Assembly (NCBI GenBank): GCA_030704615.1
Contig: CM060734.1
Span: forward strand, 32,860,001-32,924,000
Reading direction: 5' to 3'
From: Takakia lepidozioides
Taxonomy: Eukaryota; Plantae; Bryophyta
DNA: 64,000 nt
The stretch's first letter is position 1. Every line of letters starts with the position of its first letter. Of this stretch, positions 1 to 11,142 are shown one piece after another. Position numbers and translations under genes: made by a program. The notes beneath the pieces are model-generated. The model saw nothing but the letters and a program-made list of their open reading frames with translations. It was not told where the DNA came from and did not search any database.

Positions 1-520
1 AAGCTACCCAATCTCACAACAAAGCTCCACTTCTATCGAGAGACATTCTTGGTGCTCCGCGACAATAGAATTTTGAGACCAAATTACCTTTCAGCATCCT
101 TATCCCCTTCCCTCCTGAGGGCATTGGGGCGGTTCAGGGTGGGTTCCCACAACCTACGGATAGAGACTGGCAGATGGGAAAACCTGCAACGGGAGGACCG
201 CCTATGTCCAGCTTGCATAGGGCGCAGCCAGGAAATCGAAACTGAAGAACACTTCTTCTTCTACTGCCCTCTATACTACGAGATCCGTGGGAGATTCCAT
301 TGTTTATTCAGTGGAACCCAAACTCTCACTGATGTCTTCCACTATGAGGATCAAAAATGCTTGGCAGCCTACCTGCACGAGGCCTTCACCCTTCGACATT
401 CGTTAGAACATTAATTGTGGTTTCTGGACTTGTTCCTCTCTCATGTTTCCATTTTGTCCCATAAGCTCTATGAGCTTTCCGCGGACGTTATAAAGTACCA
501 TTTCATTTCATTTCATTTCA
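1..520 (+). mobile_element. 3' end of a non-LTR retrotransposon (RTEX/L2-like) lying in an intron of the SDR gene
   Basis: ORF 49-414 has the LINE C-terminal motif RFRVGSHNLRIETGRW...RLCPAC...ETEEHFFFYCPLY (CCHC finger). A short 3' UTR ends in a (CATTT)n tail at 499-520. Confidence 0.8.
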
Positions 521-1024
521 CTTGTCGACGCATGCTCTGTTCCAACATTTCAGAACCGCACAAGAGCATGACCTTCTCTGGTAGTTCATTTGAGCTTGGA
601 CTGCAATAATGGTCGATTCCTTTGCATTCACTCACTCAGTTCTTACAAAATCCCTTGGGACTGTAAGGATCGATTACGAGTGAGAGTTGTTGTTCCTCCA
701 TGGTCAGGATAGGATGAAGCTCAAAACTGAAACAAGTTTGAAATCTCAGAATCTTTTCACATTGTGTTTTCCAAATTACTTGGGGCTGCTTGAAAGCTGT
801 GCTTAATGGTCCAAAGCTGAAGAATGGATGCAATAAAGATCATATCAGTGGCTCGGGCAAGCCATCGTCAGAGGGAAGACTTCGGCTGAGGCTTAACAAG
901 AGTGCTTCCCCTTGCAGGTACTGGCCCCTGGCTGGGGGGGGGGGGGCTCTCTACTCCATCTTCGTCGTTTACTGGACTACCAGAAACACCCAAAACTAAT
1001 CGAACAGGGTGTGGTGGTGGGCAG

Positions 1025-1489
1025 GCACTGGCAAGAGAGCTAGCACCTAAGGTGCGGGTTAATGGTGTGGCACCAGGCTTTGTGCCCACTCACTTCGCAG
1101 ACTACCTCGTTAAAAATGATGCTGTGGTACTCTCCAGATTTCTTCATCTTTTTCCTCTGTGTGAGCGGTTCTCCAGTTTTGTTCTCTGTGGTTCTTGTGT
1201 CTGTTGGGCCTCCTGCATATGCAGTAAATTTCTTTCTACAGGCACACCAAAGGTAGATCCAACTAGTTGGGGAGGCTTTCTGTAAATGATTTCTCTGTTC
1301 ACTCTTGGTTTCGTGTTTGTCTTGGTGGCTTAATCACAGCGCGAGGAGATTTTATCACAAACATTGCTGCATAGGTTGGGGACAACTGGTGACATGGCAG
1401 CTGCAGTGGCGTTTCTTGCCTCGGATGATGCTGCTTATATCACAGGGGAAACCTTGGTAGTAGCAGGTGGTCTACCATCCAGGCTTTGA
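1025..1489 (+). CDS. IBR1: Last two exons (1025-1126, 1340-1489) of a peroxisomal short-chain dehydrogenase/reductase (IBR1/SDRa/DHRS4-like); upstream exons are outside the window
   Basis: Spliced translation ALARELAPKVRVNGVAPGFVPTHFADYL...RLGTTGDMAAAVAFLASDDAAYITGETLVVAGGLPSRL*. GT-AG intron 1127-1339 is in phase and the C-terminus is the PTS1 signal SRL. Confidence 0.88.
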
Positions 1490-1672
1490 GTTTGTGGAAG
1501 TCAAGGTTCAAACTTGTCCTTTTTCCAGGTAAAGATGCCAAGGTATCTAGCACCATGGAAATAATGGCAAATGAGGGCTGTAGACACCATTATTAGTCTT
1601 GGACAGCTGCAGAAGCTGGGATTGAATGTTTATCACAATAAGCACCAAAGTGGTGGGTGACATTGTAATGAC

Positions 1673-2172
1673 CAGTGTTGGTCTGGTATCCATGTTTAAG
1701 GCGGGTATAAACCAGGTTCTAAGCATGGGTATCAAAGCCCTGACCCTACTGGTACGAACATGTGGCAATACCAGGCTTGGATTCGGGTGCCCCCAGTATG
1801 CCCTAAGCCTGGAAGTGCCCAGCTCCTAGCAGAGAGGTAATGTGCGGCACCTACCTCTATTGCTACCAGGACGCATGTGGGCATGAATCCATGGTTAGGG
1901 TAGATTTCTTGTAGTGCAAATATGGGAGAAGCGATGTAGAGGATTGATGCAGGTAAGGCAATGAGGAGTTTGTTCAATTGCTTGCATTCAGCTCTGCACA
2001 CTGAATTTCAAGCGTCGTTACTTACATTATCCCAAACATCTCGTTGTACTCATTGATGCGGTACCTGTAGATTTGAAGATTCTGCTCAAGCACTTACTCA
2101 TACCAGCTGGTATCACAAAACTGTTAAAAGTGTCGACTGGTATGACCAAATTCCACCACCAGACCAACACTG
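1673..2172. mobile_element. hAT-type MITE, 500 bp, just downstream of the SDR stop codon
   Basis: Perfect 14-bp TIRs CAGTGTTGGTCTGG (1673-1686) and CCAGACCAACACTG (2159-2172). The 8-bp TSD is GTAATGAC / ATAATGAC (7/8). Confidence 0.75.
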
Positions 2173-4570
2173 ATAATGACCCATTATATCGACATATTAC
2201 TAAAAACCATCATCATCATCAAACTGAGTTGGATTTGTACCACTGGCAGAGGTAGATCCAGCAACATGCTGGAAGCTCTTGAAACTTGATGCACTAGCAT
2301 ATGCAATTTGGAAGGAGCATATTCTATGTGTGTACATGCCTGTCTTGCCTTCCTGACGAGTTACATGATCTTTCAAGGCATTCTCCCCGTTCCTTCATTC
2401 AGATCCTCCAACACATCAGCTCTCAACCTTATCCAATTTGTCTCTCATGGATCTGAAAATTGTTGCCACTGAGAACATTCCTGAGGGACTTGTTAGGGAA
2501 AAATAAACATAAATGAAAACATGGATGCTCGAAACAGCTGTAGTGCGAGTGATCATTCGAAGTACATAAAACGGTCGGGTGTGTATGTAAGATCTTTGCA
2601 GACAGTGGATGGGAACAGAGGAGCAGAGAGACAGAAGAAAAACCCAGATGAAGTGGAGAGGCTCTCAATATTGACAGGAGTACAAATGGAAGAATGAACG
2701 AAAACAGACAGTCCTGAAGATCAGCGAGCCAGAGCAATTGAGAGGGAAAAAATGGCATGCGTGCACAGGGCAGGCTCTTGTACGGATTGTCAAACAGTAT
2801 GAGGTCGACGTGTTCACATTACAGAGGTGCGTTTGGAGTATCATGGATCAATAAATTGTTGCCATGGATATGCTCTTTCGTGCAATCTAGTGGCTATTAT
2901 GTGTCCACCAGAGCATAAATTCAAGTAGGAGTCTGAAATCCACCGAACATTAATGGGTCCATAAGTTATTGCGTCCAATGTGAATTACTAACTGATTCGA
3001 GATCTGGAATCTGACATCCAAAGCACCAGAGAAGCAGCAAATCCAATGTTGAATTAATGATGCAAGAGAAGGAATAGTCGGCGACGAAAGTGGCCGCCTC
3101 TTAAGGCCATTGTGATGAGCCGGCGGCCATCTATGGCAAGATGATATTAAGTAGCCGCAATGAACGTGGGGCCGTAGATGAGGTGTAGGTAGAGAAAACG
3201 TGAGACCGATCAAATCCCAGATGCACGTCCCGACACCTCATTATTGAACCTATGAATAATATTTTATCATTGGATGAAATAAGAGCCTTCGCGGATGAAA
3301 CAGACGTATACTGGATGAGATTACTGCCCTAGTGGATGATTCAACTACCCTCATGGATAAGCGCCGTCACGGGAACCCGCAATAATTCCAGGGTGTTCAC
3401 TTTATGAAGGCGTCGGATTGCCGCGCCGTAACGATTTGGACAAACTAGTGGAGTCCATTCATTACTGACAGTCATGTCGCATCATTGATTGTACCTACAT
3501 AAATTTAGGGGTCCTCAGCGAACCGTTGGGAAACATCCCGCCTTTCATTCATTCATGCATCGAGGCCACAAACCGTCGGATGCGACATAACGCCGACGGT
3601 TGAGATCACAGGTGGTAAAGCATATAAGGAGGAGTGACCGAAAAGAGTCTCCTTTTGCATTCATTTGATACACACGGAAGCCCTATTCAATTTTGGACTC
3701 AAATAAGAGGTGCGAGAGAGAGCAACTGAGCGAGAGAGGCAGAGAGGTGGAGATCGAGGAAGCGAGAGAGTGAGAGATCGAGGGAGCATGAGTTGGAGTG
3801 AGTGTGGGTTTGAGCAATTCACTGTGTGCGGGGGAGTGTGACAGAGTGAAAGGAGGGCAAAACAAGAGAGTACGCTATCTCGGAAGTTGTTGTGCGCACC
3901 CGAGTGAGAGAGCTCATCCAGCCCTGCAGGGAGGATCCTTGCCTGAAATGACATCAAGCAGGTAAAAAAAAAATTCTCGTCTTCTTCGTGCATGCAATGA
4001 GGGATTCTTCCGTGGGCTGCAGAGATTGTATGAACGTAGAAGTTGCATGCTTGCTTGATTGTTTGCTTGTTTGAGCGAATGATTGCTTGTTTTGATTTTT
4101 TGGATTCGTTGTTTTGATTTTAGGATTGATTCCATGGTTAAAGAGGTAGGATGGTCAATAGAAGGATTGGGAATTATGGAAGATTTCGGGATATGTACGC
4201 TTTCCTTGAAGAACAACTCCGGATTCGAGACATGAGAAATTCCGATCTCATAGGGATTGTTTAGGTTTTGCAGCCTATGGTGTAGGCCTCAGTATAGGTA
4301 CCATGACACAGTCCATTCACGCACGATCGCGTGTGAATTCATTTTACCATGGATACCGAACTGTGTTTTTGGCTCGATTCGGTTATGCACATTATTTCCA
4401 TGATCTGCATTACGTGCCTATCGAAATAGGGATTCCTGGTGATTTCGTAATCCGTAGAGAAACCTCGCGCGATCGCCCGTGTTTATTTCAGTGATAGTAT
4501 TGGGAAACATGGTTTAGTTAGGATTTGGAGCGAGGCCAGTAAGCACTTTCAGCAAGGGAATGGTCTGAAC

Positions 4571-5010
4571 GAAGCACGCGCGATCGCGCGTGCTTCATTC
4601 AGTAAAAGTCGTCACCTACAGGAGCACTAACGAACAGTAGCTATTACCAAACTAGGTCGAAGAATTCATTCATTAGTAGGACAATAAACTCAGTGTTTTC
4701 AATTTTAAGGATTATGCAATTATTGAACCTTGCACAATCGCGCTAATTTGACTCCGTAGTTTACTGCATTGAATGAGAAATTGAAGATGTGATGCGAAAG
4801 AACAGTAGCTAATACCAAATTGTACATGGTCGAAGACAACATTCATTAATAGGACAATAAACTCAGTGTTTTCAATTAAAGGGATTATGCAATGATTGAA
4901 CCTTGCGCAATCGCGCGAATTTGACTCCGTAATAAACTGCATTGGATGAGAAATTGAAGATGTGATGCGAAAGAATGCCCTGAAGAAGCACGCGCGATCG
5001 CGCGTGCTTC
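4571..5010. repeat. Two perfect 26-bp palindromes GAAGCACGCGCGATCGCGCGTGCTTC (4571-4596, 4985-5010) bracketing a ~170-bp tandem duplication
   Basis: Read directly. The ~170-bp unit occurs at ~4633-4802 and ~4802-4975, with a partial third copy at ~5224-5347. Confidence 0.9.
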
Positions 5011-5760
5011 ATTTTGTTGGTACTTGTATTCTATCGACCACAACAATACCATTGATACCCAGATGATTAGATGACACATATGAGGATATGTCTAAGTGCA
5101 TACTCAAAATTGTAAAGTGTTTCGGAAGACATTAGTTCACATTATACAATGTCAATTAAAATCTTCCGTCGCACTTTATCTGTCTTGCCAAGCACACAGA
5201 GTATGATAATTCCTATATATGGTACAGTAGCTAATACCAAACTGTACGGGGTCAAATAAATCATTCATTAGTACGACAGTAAACTCATTGTTTTCAATTT
5301 TAAGGATTGTGCAATTATTGAACCTTGGCAATAGCGCGAATTTGACTTCTTCGTTTCAGTCTTATTCTAAATATAAATAAAAACGACTCCCAGCTAGATA
5401 ATCCTCAATGTTCTCAATGTACTTTAATAGTCCTTCCGGTAGACTTCTCGCAGTGGGATGAAATTAGTTCATCTATGCCTCAACTCAATAACGCGCGATT
5501 GTTCTGATGTTCCTACCGCTCAGAAGAATTTTCTTGGGATAATAGATGTCAGGATACTCTTATATGACTGAAAGAACAAAGTCATGTATTGATTCTGTTC
5601 GCCATGCTTAGCAACATCATCGTTGCTTACAATCGGATTTTACGTTATTGGAGGGAAAATTGTGGACCAATTACGCGCGATCGCGCGTTCTTCGCGTGTC
5701 TCCTTCTGTACAGTCTGTCGAGTTTTTGATGATTCTTCCAGTTTGGTGGATTCGTGTTCG

Positions 5761-6404
5761 ATGAAGGAGGAGAAAGAGATGGAATATACCAGACACAAGA
5801 CAACGCTTTCACCCTCCTCACAAGGTGAATGCGGAGCTGCGGTTATTATGACGGGACCTTCCGAAGGAGTTCATGTTATATCATCTCCAGTTTGTACAAT
5901 TCCATCCACAGAGGAACCTGACACCTACTCCCCTGAATCAGACAATCAAGACAATTATTCACCAATAGGATATTTTTGCGACGTTCCTCCCGGGTCAGCA
6001 GCTTTAAGTTATTTTCTAGAACAATACTGTGGAGGGTCTTCCGGAGATCCTGTAGCTAAAGTATCGGCGGATTCAAATGATTTTTGCGCTATGTACCCTG
6101 CATATACGCCAGATACCAAGATTGTACACCTGGATCCCCGGAGTATACTCCCGTATCACCAGAGTACAGTCCCTCAACCCCAGAGTACACTCCGGCATCC
6201 CCAAAGTATACACCCTCATCGCCAGGGTATACTCCGGGATCCCCAGAATACTCACCAATAGGATACTTTAGCCACCTCAGACCCGGGTCGGCTGCAATGG
6301 CCTCATTTTTGGCACAATACACACCTACGTCAACTGTAAGTTCCGACCATTCGGAATCATCAGAAATGGAAAGATTCTTCACGGGCGCACTGGAGTGTAC
6401 TTGA
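5761..6404 (+). pseudogene. Frameshifted S/P/Y-rich ORF with RNA polymerase II CTD-like heptad repeats
   Basis: ORFs 5623-6261 and 6084-6404 join through a frameshift near 6120. Heptads are CTPGSPE YTPVSPE YSPSTPE YTPASPK YTPSSPG YTPGSPE YSP, plus a duplicated YSPIGYF...PGSAA...FL.QY motif. Confidence 0.55.
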
Positions 6405-7986
6405 ACTAGTTCAGAATCTCCGTGTGGTTCCATCGAATACCCACAATAATCAGTATGATCACTTTCTGGGTACCCGATAAGTTTTCGAGAGATTCACTGG
6501 GGGTGTCCTGAATCACCATGATATAGTCCTTCATCTCAGTTTTAGGCAGGCATATATGACAGTACATTTAAATGCCAACGATGTCTCCGTTTTCGTTCTT
6601 CACTGTTGAATAATAAAGTATTCTTCATGATTTTTGAAACCAATTAAATGATCTGCAGTTTTTGAGATTTCCAGTTTAATTGTGACTTTGATTTATTCCA
6701 TTCCATTTATTCCATATTGCAGTCACAATTGAATGTCCCCTATTCCAGCTTAATTGTAAGTTAGTTTCTTTCAATTCCATTTCTTCCAAGTGGGATTCCC
6801 ATTTGTATATTGGCCTGATATCCGTAACATTATGATTCGTTTCAAACTTCGGCCTTTCCTCTCAAACCTGAAATAATGCCACGAGATATCTAATCCAGAT
6901 AACATAATGTTGTGTTTCATGTTCAGTGGTCAGTCAAACATACCGGCGGATTGCCTAGTTGGAGTATGCAAGGAGATATGTGGGAAGTTCATCTCAACAA
7001 AATCGCCAAACTTCAGCATAGACCACGTAGCTTTGTATACTCTTAATCAGGCAATCTCCGAGTGGGGAATAAATCTTGTGGGTGTACCTCCTGACTACCA
7101 ACTGAAGTTTTCCTTCAAGATTGGAGCGGAGGTGAAGGAGCTTAATTATGGCTACGTTAAAGATGTTGAGAAGGAGTCGGACGTGGAGAATCCAATGATG
7201 GTGGTTTTTATCTTGGAGGATGGTAAAGCGAAAAAGACGATTGGCTTTTCTCTGGAATCTCGTCGCGTTCGCAAGGCAATGATGAAACCAGCTGTAAAGA
7301 TGGGATTCACTTTCCCTGAAGGTGGTGCAGCCATGACTGGATCAGGGATTCGTACGAGCTTGGAGCATTTTCCAAGATGTACTCTATGCGCATGGAAACA
7401 TCAACAGAAAACAACGAGACGATGAGGCAGCGAAGAGGGCAAAGGGTAAAGGGAAACGGAAGTCCACGGCGGGATCATCTCAGACTGAGAATGAGGAGGA
7501 GTAGCCAGCCGGGAAAAAGAAAAAGAAAGAAAAGCTCGATATTGTATTTATGAATGACAACAACAAGCCAAAAGCTGACGAGATTTTCGACAAGGTGAAG
7601 TGCGAGGCGATGAATCAAAGTCTGCAGAATGACTACAAAGACATGTTTCCTTTTGGGTTCAACCACATAATCTCAATTGACATCTCTAGGATGGAACTTA
7701 TTCCAAGAAGCATGGTGTATCATCCGCTGAATATTAATCATAAGAGAGAAGACTCCGGCCGAGGCCGGCGTAACTAGGAGCCACTTTGCCTTGTGGCTAC
7801 TGCCCCTTTTCAGGGGTGGGCCCTATGTAAAAATAACCAGTGTCTAGGGGACACCAAGTGACCAGCTGAGGGGTGGTATCCGGCAGCTAAGGTTCCATAT
7901 GGTACCCATGGAGACCCATGGGGTACCCCATGGTTACCCATAGGGTACCCAAAGACGCCCAGGGTGCCTAGGAGGCAAGAGAAGGA

Positions 7987-9290
7987 TTAGATTTGAGTTG
8001 TTGTTTGTTGGTAATGATAGCAGTGAGAGATCATACTGCCGTGAGGTTCGGCTTTGAAGCATTTATGGATAGAAGTGATGGGGAGATTGAAGTTATCTCG
8101 AAGGTCCGAGATGCTGGCATTATGGATACCCCCTCTGGTGCCGGCAGTGATGACTGTAAGAGGGCCTGTGGCCCATCCCCTCCGGCGGATAACAAGAATA
8201 AGTGGTGCATATTTTTTGCGCTTTTCAAGGATGGAGGAGCTGGGGAAGTGGTCATGGCAGTATGTGAATTCTATGAAGTGTATGGTGATGGTTGGGGATG
8301 GGTCGGTGGGTGGGGGAGCGATAATGGGAAGTCCCTGGACGAGGAGAATATCCGGGCAGAGTCGGGAAGGGCATGTACATGCTGCATGGGGGTGACATAC
8401 ACACGGGAGTAGCCATGTAGGTACTGTGTGATCTGGGGGCCGGCCCTGGTAGGTGCCAGCATTGATAAGTGAGAACCATCTAGTTTCATTACACCGTAGT
8501 AGAAGTTTATGGATATGCCATACGGCATGGTTATGGCGTGCAATACGAAGCCCGTGGATGACGGGGTGGGGGCATTCGCTAAGAAGATGGGGCCAGGTAT
8601 CTCTTGTAGCGTGGATGTGGGAGGAAAGAGGACAATGGGGTGAGGGGTATATGGTTGGCCAGAAGGTGTGTTTGCGTTGGTGGTCCATGTATTGGGCGTA
8701 TCGAAATTTAAGGATCTGTCGTATTTGAGCGTCAGATGCGGCTTTAGTGTGCCAAAAGTGGTTTGATAGTTTGTGGTGGAGTACATTGGAGAGGGTCCAT
8801 TTTTGGATATGAAGTTTAGTGTGGCTGAGAGAGGCTGAGGCTTGTTTGTTGGCTTCTTTAGTCAGGGTAGTAAGAAGGTTTCGGATTGGCCAGGGCTCTG
8901 GGGGGTCAAATACCGGGTGAATCAGCCAGAAGGGGAGCGTATGAGCAATGTGTATAGGGTCTGCCGAAGGTTCAACTGGAGGTTTGGAGGCCCCCAGTTG
9001 GGCCAAAAGGTCAGCCTCCTTGTTGCCATTAATGCCAGTGTGTGACCGATCTTTGAGAAGATGGATGGGTTTATTGATGGAAATAGCAAGGTTGATAATA
9101 GCGGTGATAAGATTTCGATCGGGGTGGTGGTGGTGGGAGGAGGGACAAGCGAGGTGGTTGCGAAGGATGAAGAGAGAGTTTAGGCTATCCGTGAAAATAT
9201 AGTATGGGGGCGGGAATGAGGTTAATTGTGAGAGAGCTTCAAAAATAGCCATAAGTTCGGCACGGAGTATGGTTGCAGGGCCTGGGAGAC
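7987..9290 (-). CDS. LINE RNase H (C-terminal part), CCHC finger and restriction-like endonuclease
   Basis: RNase H motifs TILRAELMAI, IFTDSLNS and SHTGINGNKEAD. Zinc finger CP...HLLSEC. RLE motifs RHNHAV, PDILLV, IEFTYC and KRKKYAPL. Confidence 0.85.
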
Positions 9291-10199
9291 GGTGTGCAGT
9301 CCCCTCCGTTTCCCAAGGAGATGCTCGTAGCCGGTCTTGCGAGAACTATACACCTCATTTGTACCAATTAACCTATGGTTTTCATATAGAATATAAAGAG
9401 TTCCATTCGTCCTACAGTTTTCAACTATTTTTGCACTTCACCTTCTATTGCTCATCAACATCCATTTGATTCGCAAAATATGGCAAGGGTGGATACATGT
9501 AGCCTACCAATTCGAGGAAAATTACCTAGAGTGGGCCACTTGCACTAGCCTACACCCAATATATATAGCCACTCCTACCCCTTTTCAAAATCCCTAAAAA
9601 AAACCTTGGTTAGGGTCCAGGTTACCTATCCGGATCCGGACCCGTGCCATCACCAAAAACTCGGACCCTGACCCGGGTTCATTTTTAAAATGAACCCATA
9701 ACCGGACCCGGACGCGCCAGCTAGGTCCAGAACCCGTTAAACCCGCTACTCGCAGGCCAGAGTTGGTATAGCCATCTTCCCTAGTTCACTAGTTGACTTT
9801 CTAGAGAGTTTTACTTTCTAGATAGTTCTATTGTCGGTGGGTTGAAAAACAACTCTCTAGTGGGTGTGGCTGCTGCAGGAGTATACTTATAAGAACAGTG
9901 ACCAGAGAAGGTTGGGGCTTGGTGAGAGTGGGGCCAGGTAGGATCACGGCTTGGGGCTCGTCTTCAAGGTGGAGCGCTTGGGGCTGGTGGAGGGTGGGAC
10001 CAGCTGCGTGAAGTGCTTGGGGGTGGGAGTGCTTGGGGTTGACGAAGTAGGGCTGGGGAAAATTGGGTCGATCGTCGTGCTTCTAAAGGGGACTCAATAT
10101 TGCCGTGTTTGCCGTGTTTGGAAGTTTTGCCGTGTTCACCTCTTCTTCCAAAATATACGCTAAGATGGTTGGGTTCGATGGCGGCTAAGGGTATTACAT

Positions 10200-10530
10200 C
10201 TGGAGGGAGATGTAGGAGGGGGTGTTGGTGGTCAGGTGAGTTTTGTTGTGTAAGAATGAGAATAGTGGTGGCGGAGGGAGAGGAGTGGGCGGCAAGGCGC
10301 GCCTATTGTAGAGCCTCATGCGTGAGGGGCCCGGGTGGCGGATGCGCTAGGCCCCCACCGGACCAAGAATGATGAGTTGCGGAGCCCATGGCTCCAAATA
10401 TACAGTCACGGGGATGCAGGCTGCTATAAGAAGCGAGCTCAAGGGGGCAAGTGAACGGGCTTGAGTAGTATGAGTGGGTAAGTTGGAAAGAGGAGATGAG
10501 GAATTTGAGGATGTCAGAGGGTACAGTGCT
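10200..10530 (-). pseudogene. PCIF1/CAPAM-like N6-adenine methyltransferase-like segment of the LINE polyprotein
   Basis: LISSFQLTHSYYSSPFTC...YSSLHPRDCIFGAMG...WSGGGLAHPP parallels the PCIF1 pattern FASPLN...YCS..PD.D..FGS.G...SGS..ANPPF. Confidence 0.5.
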
Positions 10531-11001
10531 ATGAGTATAAGCTTGCGCTAGTTTGTCGAGGGTGCGAGGTTTTTTTGTTGGGGTATCACGTAAGTTTCTG
10601 TCCACAAGCCAGCAGACCTCGGTGGCGAAGTCTTGCTTTGGAGGTTGTAGTAGGTAGGTGTCGGTGGTGGAATCGGCATATCTGTCCCAGAGCCAGGCGA
10701 GCCTGACATGAGAGATGGACCTGACAAAGTGCCCGTTAAGTGTGTAGATATTGGATGCGGTACGGCTAGGGCATATGATCGGGGAGACTTGGTTAATATC
10801 TTTGTCGGGGTTGCATTCAGATATGTGTATTTGAATATGTGGGGCGACAATGGGGGTATGAATGTACCTAGCGTCAATTGGTTGTGATTGAGAGACATGT
10901 TGTTGGTGGGTGTGTGCTAAGTAGTTGGTGTTCGCTATTTTATGGAATTTGATAAGGAGACTACGGTTGTGGGTAGGGTCGCAGTCATCATGGGTACCGA
11001 A

Positions 11002-11142
11002 GAGGTCTTCTTTGATTTGCCAGGTGTTATCTTCGACAGAGAAGCCCGCCCATTTACATAGGTAGTGTGTATCAACACAGGTGGTGCCGTATGCGTCGAG
11101 GGAGGTTTGGGTCCTAATGCCGAGGATAGCCTCAATGACGAA
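11002..11142 (-). pseudogene. Chromodomain in the LINE polyprotein (reading frame not listed in the ORF track)
   Basis: Manual translation gives FVIEAILGIR-x14-HYLCKWAGFSVEDNTWQIKEDL, matching the consensus YEVEKIL..R...YLVKWKGY..EENTWEPEENL. Confidence 0.8.

Noticed and set aside
6084-6404. RPB1 gene
   Set aside because: Only about six divergent heptads are present, with no polymerase domains.
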